A stretch of 64,000 nucleotides of DNA from Octopus sinensis (Eukaryota). Positions 40,297 through 52,399 of the stretch are shown here, piece by piece (the first letter of the stretch is position 1; each line of letters begins with the position of its first letter). The stretch lies in the NCBI RefSeq assembly GCF_006345805.1, contig NC_043005.1:67270001-67334000 (forward strand), in the 5' to 3' direction. The translations under genes were made by a program, and so were the position numbers. The notes beneath the pieces are model-generated. The model saw only the letters and a list, made by a program, of their open reading frames with translations. It was not told the origin of the DNA and did not search any database.

Positions 40297-40437
40297 GGAC
40301 TGTTTGCAGACATTTCTATGAAATTCATGATCATATTCAAGAGCGTTTCGCTGGGATAAGAGACGGAGCCCACGAGATTGATTATCATTAGGGCTTAAGG
40401 CCAAAGAATAGAGATGGCCTGAATGCTTCCAAAGAAA
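40297..40437 (-). CDS. Candidate internal coding exon (141 nt, phase 0 to 0)
   Basis: Branch point CTAAC plus tttttagtttgcag acceptor, donor TCC|gtatgg. Only one frame is open: FLWKHSGHLYSLALSPNDNQSRGLRLLSQRNALEYDHEFHRNVCKQS. Confidence 0.55.
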
Positions 40438-40892
40438 CTGCAAACTAAAAAACACGTTAGTTATATTCAGCTAAAAGTACAAAGATGTCTGCTGGGTTGA
40501 AGGTATAAGACATTCAGTCTAGCACGTAGATTTAATCGCTACATTATATAATACATTGGATTATCAGAGCCAAAACAACTTCATGGAGAATGGCACTAGG
40601 CTGCCAAATGGTTTAGTCCCGTGGAAAGAGTCCCAGAAGCTGGTGATTTTCAAGTTTCAAATCTTCAGTACGCTTGCTCTAAACTACATAGGAGGCATAA
40701 AAGTGGGTATGTCGATACCCACGGTTTTTCGAAACGGTTTTTCTAGATTTTTTCTGTTTGTTAGATATTACGTGACCATCCGTTCAGGAACTTTAACATA
40801 CTTTGAATCAATAACACCTCTCTCTCTCTTTCTCTCTGCCATTCTCGCTGTTTTCCTTCATCCTACACACACACATATATGTATATGTATAC

Positions 40893-40938
<46 letters not shown>

Positions 40939-41007
40939 TGTGTGTGTGTGTATGTGTGAGTGTGTGTGTATGTGTGTGTGTATGAATTATATCTATATAT
41001 CTCTCTC

Positions 41008-41038
<31 letters not shown>

Positions 41039-41049
41039 TATATATATAT

Positions 41050-41094
<45 letters not shown>

Positions 41095-41098
<4 letters not shown>

Positions 41099-41220
41099 AG
41101 AATTCACAAAAAAGTATTAGTTTAAAGCTCGGGAAGTCTTTAACATTTCGAGCCTATACTCTTCCAGAGAAAAGAACACAGAAGGGAACAAGGCGAGAAA
41201 AAAGAATGTGTAGTAGCTAG

Positions 41221-41225
<5 letters not shown>
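41095..41225 (-). mobile_element. PLE-terminal-repeat-like fragment with variant hammerhead-like motif (41138-41170)
   Basis: Minus strand CUCUGGA-A-GAGU-auag-GCUC-GAAAUGUU-AAAG. Homologous to 4610-4660 and 55676-55870, and abuts (TA)n. Confidence 0.6.
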
Positions 41226-41256
<31 letters not shown>

Positions 41257-41735
41257 GCAAGATGAACAGTTTTAATTAAATTGAAAACAAGTTCAGTTCA
41301 ATGTTCAGACTAACTTCATTTGATTGAATTTCCTGACCGTATGTGTGTGCGTGTATGTGTGCGTGTGAGCGAGTATGCTTCTGTGTGAGAGTATAAGTGT
41401 ACCTATGTACAAAGGTAAAATCATATGTATGCGTATATGATTCATATGTATGGAAATATATGAAACGTATTAAATGGCGTAATGAATCTATGTAATGAAG
41501 CCACAATATTCAATTTTCTCTTGGCATTATGAATCTATTTAATGAAGTCAAAATATTCATATTTTTCTTGAACATGTTTTTAATAAATAACAGAAATAAT
41601 TTATAATGAACGCCAACTGTTGGCCATAAATCCATGCCCAAAGAATGAAACGGAAATTTAGTTGCAACAAATGCCTAGCTATGAAATCTATCAAAATATA
41701 CGAATTAAACACGATTTCTATTCTTTCAAGATATG

Positions 41736-41966
41736 TGTTTCCTTACTATCCACAAGGAGCTAAACACAGAGGAAACAAACAAGGACAGACACACGGATTA
41801 AGTCGATTACATCGACCTCAGTGTGTAACTCGTACTTAATTTATCGACCCCGACAGGATGAAAGGCAAAGTCGACCTCGGCGGAATTTGAACTCAGAACG
41901 TAACGGCAGACGAAATACGGCTACGCATTTCGCCCGGCGTGCTAACGTCTCTGCCAGCTCGCCGCC
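41736..41966 (-). mobile_element. SINE family A with 15-bp target-site duplication
   Basis: ttctttcaagatatg at 41721-41735 and 41967-41981. Confidence 0.9.
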
Positions 41967-43005
41967 TTCTTTCAAGATATGGGTTATATCTCCAGCTATA
42001 ACTGAGTAGCAGCAACTGTTGACTCTTCTAAATCTAAACAGAATATATAAATTGTATAAACACGCACGAAATCTGATGTGAGAATAGCTGGACTATAATA
42101 ATGTAGAACATGCCTGCCCAAGCCGAAAAAAAGATCAGACTGAAACATCAAACGCACAAACAAAACAAAACTTATGTGCGACGTCGTTATATTGATCAAT
42201 TCTGACCCAATCATCGCCTGCGTGGTAGTCAAATGTTATTAGCATACATGAGCTAGACATGGAAATGAATAAGATGAAAGTAACCATTGTAACGTATTAT
42301 AAAACTATCATGGACGAAAGCATTGATACTATATCGAGCTGATAACATTATAGACAGTCTAAACACTATTTTTGTAAAGCACAGTAGACATTTTCATCCA
42401 AAACGTTGTCGATTTACATTTCCACAATTACAGCGACATCTTGCATGTATGAAAATACAAAACCGATTGCCCACATCTAAAATCTTACTACCTTTTACTG
42501 CACTGCTAGCTGCACCTCCGTGTCTCCGATATGTATGTCAATGTATATTCAGAGTGTACCATGCTGAGTATACACAACACCGGTTTTAGATTAATGTATA
42601 GTTTGTTTCGTGGTTTTAGTTTTCTTTAATCGATATTTATTTTCTGACACAACGATGTATGCTGGTGATTACGTAAAGTATGCATTGTCTATAATTTTCA
42701 TAACTGCTTAATGCAGAGAAGGATCTTGATTTACTGATGCTGAGCTTTAGAGGACTTCTAATATGTTTTGTGTTACCTGCACCATTTTTCAACATTTACG
42801 TTACATAGTTGTTTTGTTTCAATAGCTTCAATAGTTGTCTTCGACTTCAAAATATATAAATATAAATGAAATTCAAAAGCGTAGAAACTGTCCGCATCTT
42901 GAAATCAATAAATCTTCCGTGAGAAATCTCTGATAATTTTTAAAACAGTTTGCTTTACGCATGTATAATGATATAAGTCTTCTTTTCCAGTAGACTGTAC
43001 TGTAA

Positions 43006-43900
43006 TACGAGAGTGGACTGAAAAGCTCAAAGGTGGACTATGTAGAAGTTATGTTAGCGCTGTGAATTCTCGCATGCATGCATAATTTTACATTTTCATA
43101 TGAATAACCGCCCTGGTTTCTTCCAGGTCATATATGACTATTCAAAGAAGATTTCAAAATTAACTAGTAGAGACTACTCTTGAAAATGAACAAATGAACA
43201 AAATGGTGGAGTTACCAAATATCTGCAGAAAAGAAAGCTTACCCCTACATACAATCATGGTTGCTACAGTAGAGCATGACGCTCCAGCTTCATCAACAAT
43301 GTAAATCAGGGGAAAGCGAATTTAGGAAGGGAGGGTAGAAGATGACCGAAGATCTAGATACTCTACAACTGACACCACCGAGGCAAACATTAATCGTGTT
43401 CACATGGAAATGGATGACAAACGATTGATTATAAATTAAATACCCATTGCTATATTCATATCTCGTGGGAAAATTCATAATATTTTGCCCAACGAATCTG
43501 GCATGAACAAGGTTTCTTGCTCGGTGGAAACCAAATCTTCTGACACCTGATAAAATGTACACCAGGTGAATCACATTACGGCAAAATCTGACATTATTTG
43601 AGGCAGCTCCAACTAGTTTCGTTGAAAGTTTCCAAAGTCAGAATGAGTGTTGGCTTTATAACTTTGAGCCAGAGAGAAAGAGACAATATATGTAGTGGAG
43701 ACATCCCTCCTCACTTGGTTCAAAAAGGCCAAATACATTTCAGTAGCAGCGAATGTGACAGCCGCAGTTTTGGGGGTGCAAAACGCATTGTGATTATTGA
43801 GTATGTTCAAAATAGCCTCACCGTCGATGGAGAGTACTATGCCAACTTGCTGAGGCATTTACGAAAGGATATGAAGACCAAACAACCAGAAAACTGACGA
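43006..43900 (+). mobile_element. Decayed mariner transposon (5' TIR and transposase)
   Basis: Starts tacgagagtggactgaaaag. Contains LLTPD and IIEYVQNSLTVDGEYYANLLRHL. Same family as 60300-61280. Confidence 0.8.
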
Positions 43901-43989
43901 ACATATGAGATTGAATAAAAGGCCTTTTTATAATCATCCTAGGCACATGACAGACACGTTCATGCACTTTCACAACATTCTCTTCTGTT

Positions 43990-45400
43990 AGTAGATTTAC
44001 ATATCCTGGACACAGACCCATCTTTACAAGGGGATTTATATGCCTATTGATCCTTATGAATATTATTTTCGGGAACAGTTTATAAATTGTGAGAGAAAAT
44101 TCATTGTTTTTTTGTCTTAATTTTTGTCGTTGTTTTTTGTTTTGTACACGGAATTATCATTTAGATTCTTGGATCCTCTTGTGTAGGAGTATTTTACTAG
44201 GATATTTTATGGCGTTACAATATGTCAAATGACGAAGGCAAGCATGTTGGATATTTCCAGTTCCCAGTGCTGTATACATCATATTCTAAATAAAATATCA
44301 AAAACTTTGGCGAGATTGTCAAGCATTTCAAGAGTCAGAACCTTTCAAAAATGGCAGAATCTTTCAAACAACACTCCGCTGTTTGTATGTTGATGACACT
44401 TTAAATGATTTAGTCCTGAGTACATTAATTTTAATGAGACAGAATCTACATGACTAGAATGTCTTTGTGTGTGTTTAATCAAAGATTGTTAGGCTTAAGC
44501 ATCGAGAACATAGCATGAGCATAGGGATAGAACAGCTTTATGTATGTATGTATGTATGTATGTATGTATGTATGTATGTATGTATGTATGTGTGTATGTA
44601 TGTATGTGTGTATGTATGCATGTATGTATGCATGTATACATGTATGCATGTATGTATGTATATATGTATGCATGTATGTATATAAATATACTTTTACATG
44701 GATGAACACAGAAAGACATATCACAGACACCAAGATACGTACACTTGGAAACAAAGAAGGAAAAGGTCACGTCTGAAGAATTACCAGTTAAAATTAAGAG
44801 AGTCAACGCTTGCAATTGTGAGTCGGTGCCATTTGTAGATGTCCATATTCAGAAAAAAACAAAAATATCTGTATAAACTATCACAATTTAAAAACAAAAC
44901 AAAAAAAAAGGATAACTTAAAGAATAACAGAGTTGTGTTAAGTGTAAAGGGGTAGATGTATGGCAACGAAAGAATAGGTTCGGTGTTGTATAAGACTAGT
45001 CTGCTGATTGAGTGTATGATACGCCAAGTAGGTGACAAAGTGAGGAGACAGACGGTAACTGTGAACTATTTTCAGCCAGTTATAAATACAGAATATTCAA
45101 ACGGTTTAGTGTCTCTTTTCCATCATGGTTGCTTCAGCTATTGACTCCCCTCCACTGCACACCTGGCCATGTCTTTCCTATACGCTTCTTACATTATTCA
45201 GTTCTATTGTTCTATCAACACCCACGGATTACTTCAAAAAGTACTTCATACCGAAACGTCAGAACTGAGCACCTTTCAAACTCCAGGATTTATCCGTTTT
45301 GTAGATTTTATTGGGCTCTAACAATATCTCTTGAATACAGGGGCTTTTCCTGACATGAAAAGCAAATTCCCATTTCAAATATCGACCGGTTCAGCATCTT
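43990..45400 (+). mobile_element. Decayed Penelope-like element interrupted by a (TATG)n tract
   Basis: LYVDDT at about 44385-44402 (RT catalytic motif), CVKCKGVDVWQR at about 44930 (C-x2-C then YVGQ-like), and a hammerhead-like 3' half ggta..tacc-GAAACGUC-AGA remnant at about 45240-45263. Confidence 0.45.
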
Positions 45401-45793
45401 CTGCTACATGAATAAAGAATGCTACACGAATGCATGTATAGAAATATTTATATGAATATAAATATGAATTTACGTGAATACAACTGTTTATATGAATAAA
45501 TACAAATGCTTATATGGCATTGGTGCAATAATAAACTTAAGTTAACTACAAAGTGTCCGAAACCGTATAATATTGACCAGCTTTGAACTGCTTACTAAAT
45601 GCTTCGAATAGGGAATATTTCAAATTGTCTATTGGAAGCGTATAATATGGTCCTAGCGGAAAGCACCTACTCGCGTTCTAATGTTCGGAATAATTATTTT
45701 GTATTTATACCTAAAGATAATGTAACAAACCCGTCTCTGAAAGAGCTGACGAAATGCATAAGAAGTGTAACTGAAATATATTTACATATGTGC

Positions 45794-45794
<1 letters not shown>

Positions 45795-45864
<70 letters not shown>

Positions 45865-45915
45865 GTATATATATATATATAGAGATATATAAATAGATAG
45901 ATAGGTAAATTGATT

Positions 45916-45980
<65 letters not shown>

Positions 45981-45981
45981 G

Positions 45982-46023
<42 letters not shown>

Positions 46024-46040
46024 TGTGTGTATGTATGTGT
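45795..46040. repeat. (TA)n plus (GATA)n microsatellite
   Basis: Direct reading. Confidence 0.95.
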
Positions 46041-46692
46041 ATTTGTATATAACACTAAAAACAGTCGGCCACAAATACATCATTCCTTAACAATATATTC
46101 ATCCACAATAGATGTTCTTAATTTTACAGTTAACACCTCTCACAGACATTCATAAACTCAAACACACTTGCACGCGCATTTTTTTTTTTACTTCTATTTA
46201 TATTTTCTCCACAAATACTGGCAAAATATCAACACCCATTCTAATTTTATAAGCCAGCATAACGCAAGCTGCCAGGCATCCATACACAGATATATGCCCT
46301 TACATAGGTATCAAGAAACAAGATCCTTATGAAAAGCAAACTGCCACGCAGACATACACACGCGTGCGCGACCGGAAATCTTTTCCAACAGAAGATAAAC
46401 GAAATTCCATAACAATCAAATGGTTTTTATACTGACAAACAATCCCTCAAACTATTTCAGTGACGAAAAGCACCATTCATCCGATTTATAGCTAATAGCT
46501 ATGTCTTTTATTAATTTTTCAAATAATCCATTCATGAATAACCTGTCTCAAAACACTTATTTAAAGCTTTACATGTGCGTACACAGTGGCAAAGAAATAA
46601 GCACCTCCCATCACAAATTAATCAACAAACTCTGAACAAGCAATACATTATCCAACTGAGAATTTCAAGAAATACGTATATTAGACCAAAGT

Positions 46693-46705
46693 AATAATAA
46701 TAATG

Positions 46706-46739
<34 letters not shown>

Positions 46740-46785
46740 TGATGATGATAATGATGATGATGATAATAATAATATAATAATAATA

Positions 46786-46858
<73 letters not shown>

Positions 46859-46918
46859 AAGAAGAAGAAGAGAAGAAGAAGAAGAAGAAGAAGAAGAAGA
46901 AGAAGAAGAAGAAGAAGA
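46693..46918. repeat. Compound triplet microsatellite (TAA)n/(TGA)n/(TAA)n/(GAA)n
   Basis: Direct reading. Confidence 0.95.
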
Positions 46919-47476
46919 CCGGAAAAAAACTAATGGAGTGATGAGAAAATCACTACCAAATCGATTAAAGGGAAACTCCAAATGATAAATAATAACATAC
47001 ACCAAGCGAGAAGATATAAAATCACTTTAAATTCATACGTGTATGTATATATGCATCCATCTATCTATCTATCTATTTATCTATCTATCAATCTTTCTAT
47101 TTATTTAGGGATTTACATAAGGGCAAAGTTGGTAACAAAAACAGGACAGTGTAAACAATCAGTAAGCTATATCGAGCTGAGGTGGCGAACGCTGGAGGAA
47201 CAAACTTTTGACAGAAGAAAAGACAGGAGATGAGACAGACAGGAATGCCTGTGATCTGTGTGGCATATCGAAAGATGGCCGATGGTCACGTGTGAGCAAC
47301 CAGAGAGTAAAGAAGTAAGTGTGAGAAATTGAGAGGGACAAGTAGAGATCGGTGAAGGGGAGAGAGAACAATGCAGAGAGTCGCATCAAAATTATTAAGA
47401 TAAACTTACTTAGAAATGGATGCGTTGCACTCAATCATATAATATATGTATATAATATATATATATATGTATATAA

Positions 47477-47540
<64 letters not shown>

Positions 47541-47774
47541 GCATATATACATACGTATATCTACAAACATATATGTATATACATATGCATATATGGGTAC
47601 ATGATGTCATAAAACGTAAGCAACATGAAATACCAAACTAACATGGAATATAAGTATTGCAGTACAATAGACTACTGTAAGCCCAACTGACACTACGAAA
47701 TCCCAGCATTAAATCTACGGATAACAACAAGCAATCGAATCTGTGCCAGTACTTTATTCATCATCTATTTATAC

Positions 47775-48143
47775 ATTTTGCACAATTTCTACAGATCTTC
47801 CAGGACAGGGTTTGTCTTCTAGGCTGTAGTTTCCGGCTCGGGATTTCTGGGACCACCGTTGATACTGGCTTACGCTTGTTACCGATCCCCATATACTCGC
47901 ATTTTCCCTTACGTTGTTGCCTTTATTGAACTCATAAAGCAAATATGCCGAATACGTTCCTTTGTCACTTCCATTATAGCTTTGAAAAAATAACTGTTAA
48001 AATCGAACTGTGCTCTTCAAAACTTGCACTATGAATACAGACAGGGTAAATTTACTATCTGCTTTTATAGCAAATTCATGCAGGTAGTTTATGCTGTCCC
48101 CCTCCGACTTTTAAAAAGCCGCAATATTTATGGGATGACCCGA
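47775..48143 (-). mobile_element. Mariner 5' half with TIR
   Basis: Minus strand MEVTKERIRH..LYEFNKGNN...YSLEDKPCPGRSVE. TIR cgggtcatcccataaatattgcggc at about 48117-48142. Confidence 0.85.
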
Positions 48144-48296
48144 TGTATACATGTTTGTGACGTTACGATACTTAACCTGTTGTAATAACATGTTGGCTGC
48201 GTTGTGACATAAATATCCCATCTGTACTTAAAAAAGTTTCTGTTGTTCTGTGCAATTGAAGTATTTTCCTGCCCACTAGATAGTACCAGCACTCAC

Positions 48297-48338
48297 AAAA
48301 ACGAGGCAGTCACGGATTCCAGCACCTCGCACCAGTTT
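48297..48338 (-). CDS. Candidate internal coding exon (42 nt)
   Basis: Acceptor with ttaac and tacctcag, donor TTT|gtgagt. Phase 0 reads KLVRGAGIRDCLVF, and phase 2 (NWCEVLESVTASF) is also open. GC-rich island. Confidence 0.4.
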
Positions 48339-49119
48339 CTGAGGTATTATACATAGTTAAAGTGGAAAATAAACTTCATTCTCAATACAATCTCCTCCAT
48401 ATATCTTGGTGATACATTCATGGTTACACATACTGATCAACGAGGTGATACACGTAGCAAACGTGAAACAGCTCTGTGCTTACATTTACAATTCAAAGCA
48501 GGTCTACAACTTACCTAATCTTACATTTAATATAGCAACTATAGACAATATACATATTACCGCAGTTTACAGAAAATAGATACAAACATAAAAATCAAAT
48601 TTCTTTGGCGAGTTTTAAAATTTTCAGCTATTAATGAAGTCTTAAATAATGGAATCCTACTTGTAAAACAGACATTACTTAATGGACACTCTAATAAATT
48701 AAAAGACCAGCTCAAACAGTATTTAAAGAAATTTACTCACGTTGATACGGCATATGCAGCACTTACTAAAGATATACAAACATCACACGAAACAAATGCA
48801 CTGATATATTGAAATGGATGAATATAATTTCAAAAAAATAATTAAATGGAATAAAACTTGTAGCAAACCTAACCGGAAATTCATAGTCAGAGTAATTTGT
48901 ATACTTCGGACATATAATGAAATATATAAAATTTACTATGAACATGAAAGATGTATACTTCATAATGCAAAATGTTACATCGAACAAAAACCATGGTACT
49001 TTTGTCACTGGTTGATATGGATCATATATTTAACATGAGGATGTATTGCGACTCATAATGCAGTCCAGAACCTAAAATTATATAATGAATAATTTGCTTT
49101 TATTTAAAAAAATTAAATA

Positions 49120-49525
49120 GGCGCAGGAGTGGCTGTGTGGTAAGTAACTTTCTTACCAATCAGATGGCTCCGTGTTCAGCCCCACTGCGTGGCATCTTGG
49201 GTATGTGTCTTCTACTATAGCCTTTGGCCGACCAAAGCCTTGTGACTGAATTTGGTAGAGAGGAACTGAAAGAAGCACGTTGTATATATATATGTATTTG
49301 TGTGTTTGTGTGTCTCTGTTTGTCCCCATCCTCATCCCCAGCATCGCTTGGCAACCGATGCTGGTGTGTTTACGTCTCCGCAACTTAGTGGTTCGGCAAA
49401 AGAGACAAATAAAATAAGTACTAGGCTTACAAAGAATAAGGCCTGGGGTCGATTTCCTCGACTAAAGGCGGTGCTCCAGCATAGCCGCAGTCAAATGACT
49501 GAAACCAGTAAAAGAGTAAATGAGT
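49120..49525 (+). mobile_element. SINE family B, full length
   Basis: Head ggcgcaggagtggctgtgtggtaag, internal (TA)/(TG) tract, tail ggcggtgctccagcatagccgcagtcaaatgactgaaac. Confidence 0.9.
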
Positions 49526-50684
49526 GAATTCCGCATGTAATTATAATAACGATAGAATCTGTACTAACAGTAAAGTACAAACCTTAATTAAAAGAACATG
49601 TCATAGGTAAAAATCTTGATATCATAATATGTATGCGATTATGATTTACTCTCATAAAATTTCTAATTCAACATCAATCGTTTCATCAACTAAAAAAATT
49701 ATTCCGATACTCTTTTAGAATTGCTGGCGAATGCGCGACCAATTTGAAGTTACACCAGTTTATTTTGAAAATAAAATTATACAGATTTCAAAAGGTAAAC
49801 CTTAATAGATTTAGGCATTTTATGGCCCAAAACCAATATCAATGATTAATAATAAAATACGAAAAATCCTTTAAAAAAATACTTGAATATAGTTGTTTGT
49901 TAATATTCTGTTTGAAAAGTAGCTGTTCTCAATTTACACAAACACGCACATGCACACAAATGTGTACATGTGCATGTGTATGTATGCCTATATGTATGTG
50001 TGTATGTATGTATATGTATATACATGTATGTATGTATGCTTCTGTGTGTGTGTCTCTGTCTCTGTGTGTATGGCTGCATATATTCTGTCATGCTACCGTC
50101 ATGCTTGGCTGCAAAGTCATGATGCCGGGTAAACATGTGAATATGATGTTTTATGACTTGGACACACACAAACCTAGATGAGCGTGGAGATATCATGAGC
50201 TTCAGCTATATCCTGCATATTTATACAAGTTTAATTATGTTAACTTTATCTGGATACCGGAGATACGTAGTGGGAATCAGTGAGTATATTGTTTACACAG
50301 TTCATTACAACTTAATAAAAAATTTCGCTAATTCTCTAGAGTGCATAAGCATGCAACAAAGGAACTGAAATACATCTAAGAAGAAATGTTTCTCTTTGTT
50401 TGAGCATTTAAAACACTTCCTGTTATGAAATATTAGTAATCAGGAAGATACAGGCGCTAGAAAGGTTCAGCGAAGGCAGAGTAAAAACGCCAGAGAAAAT
50501 TAAGAAGGTGGAAGAAATGTGTTATATTTTGTATTTGATGTATATAACATTTAATATATTTTATGTGTCTAATTTGTTTTATCTTCATAATTGCCTCTAT
50601 ACTCGCTCAACTGGATCCCTCTTATAGCCTTTCTTTACCTAGTGAAATTATCTCTTGTAAAGACGTCGGTATCTCATAATATAC

Positions 50685-51125
50685 ACCTGGAAGATCCTGG
50701 AGGGACTTGTCCCAAACTTTGGCATCGAGAGTTACACAAATGCCAGAACTGGGCGCCACTGCGGGGTGCCTAGGACTCCAAATTTGCCATCAAGATGTAG
50801 GACAAGATACTGTGATAGCCTGGGCTTCCGAGGCCCACAGCTCTTCAATATCCTCCCGAAGAACCTAAGAGACCTGCATGGGGTGGATGCAGATGTCTTT
50901 AAAATGAAACTAGATCTCTTCCTGTCAGGTATCCCAGATGAACCAACTTCACGGCAGGAGGTGCAGATGAGGGCAGCTGCATCGAAATCTCTCATGCACC
51001 AAATGGCAGTTGCTAAAAAGCTTTCGTGAAGTAAAACCATGTAGCAACACCAAATGGCGGTGCCCCAGCGTGGCCACAGCTCATGAGCTGAAACTAGAAT
51101 CAATCAATCAATCAATCAATCAATC
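50685..51125 (+). mobile_element. 5'-truncated CR1-like LINE, 3' end with (TCAA)n tail
   Basis: ORF 50766-51029 contains CDSLGFRGPQLFNILPKNLRDLHGVDADVFKMKLDLFLSGIPDEP. Short 3' UTR, then (aatc)n. Confidence 0.85.
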
Positions 51126-51513
51126 TCAGTTTGAATCTTTTGAACGCTATTAAGTGCCTTCTCTATAGGGATCTAATCTGTTAATTATATATATATATAC
51201 ACGACTATCTTTGCACAGTGGTCACCCGAGCTCACGCCTCAGCTGTGAACCGGAATCGATTTTCTCTTTTAGTTCCTTTAATCATTACGTTCCACCTCTC
51301 GTCATCTAAATCCAACGCCGCACATTCTCCACATGCCTCCCACCTTTAACAGCTTCTCCCGTCCATCCCAATTATCTCTCAGCACCATCACTACACATAC
51401 AACACATAGATACATACATATATACGCACGCGCACACACATAAGAATATATAAAGGCGTGTGTTTGTATGCGTGTGAGTATGCTTGTTCGTGTGTGTGTG
51501 TATAGATATAAGC

Positions 51514-51563
<50 letters not shown>

Positions 51564-51800
51564 GTGTGTGTGTATAATGTATATATGTATTATTTATATA
51601 AGTAGATGTATACATGAATTCATATATATATGTCACAGTAGATTTGAGTGCAGGCATCTGTGTTTACACATTTGTGTAATTGTATGTTTATACAAAAAAA
51701 CATAGAAGGTTATGTTGATTGTGATAGTACAATTCTCTTACAGAATTTTGACTCCCTGCACATAATCGAAAAGAAAATCAATGGAATAATCGAAATAATA

Positions 51801-52023
51801 TGAGGTATGTTTGCCATCTTAATATGGCTGACCACTAAGGGTGGGTGTTACTGTAACTTGTAGCCCCAGGAGAACATCGTCTCCAGCTGGCTATTGACAC
51901 ATTTTCTGTGCCCTATCGGTATTGTGTCAATAGCCAGCTGGAGACGATGTTCTCCTGGGGCTACAAGCTACAGTAACACCCATCCTTAGTGGTCAGCCAT
52001 ATTGAGATGGCAAACATACCTCA
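51801..52023. repeat. Fold-back (MITE-like) element: 101-bp arms, 21-nt spacer
   Basis: 51801-51901 versus 51923-52023, three mismatches by eye. Confidence 0.9.
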
Positions 52024-52399
52024 CATTGTCATGCAGTTACTGTTTATACCTCATTCAGAGATTTATTATTAATCGAAATAATATGTTTTGAAACCTTCAT
52101 TTCTTCACTTTTTCAGTTTTCTCTTTACTTCAATATCTGACGTGTCTTACAACTAACGATTCAATCATTCATTCTTTTCCGCCTATTCAGACATCCTGTA
52201 TTTTATCCACCATTTACATTTGTTGCGTTTTACAATGCAGTTCCGGCAAATCCTAATGGTTATCCGTGCTGCGCGCATGTGCATACCGTCAGTATTTCTG
52301 CGTGTCATGTGCACTGAGTGTTTTTCAGAGAGAATTCTGTGTGTTGTGGGGGAATAAACATTTTATATGTCCTTCTAGATCGGATATCTGTATACTTAG

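Noticed and set aside
40556-41125. 189-aa ORF, and a possible hAT-like fragment at 40560-40740
   Set aside because: The ORF runs into microsatellite. The hAT resemblance (KWFSPVERV) is too weak to call.
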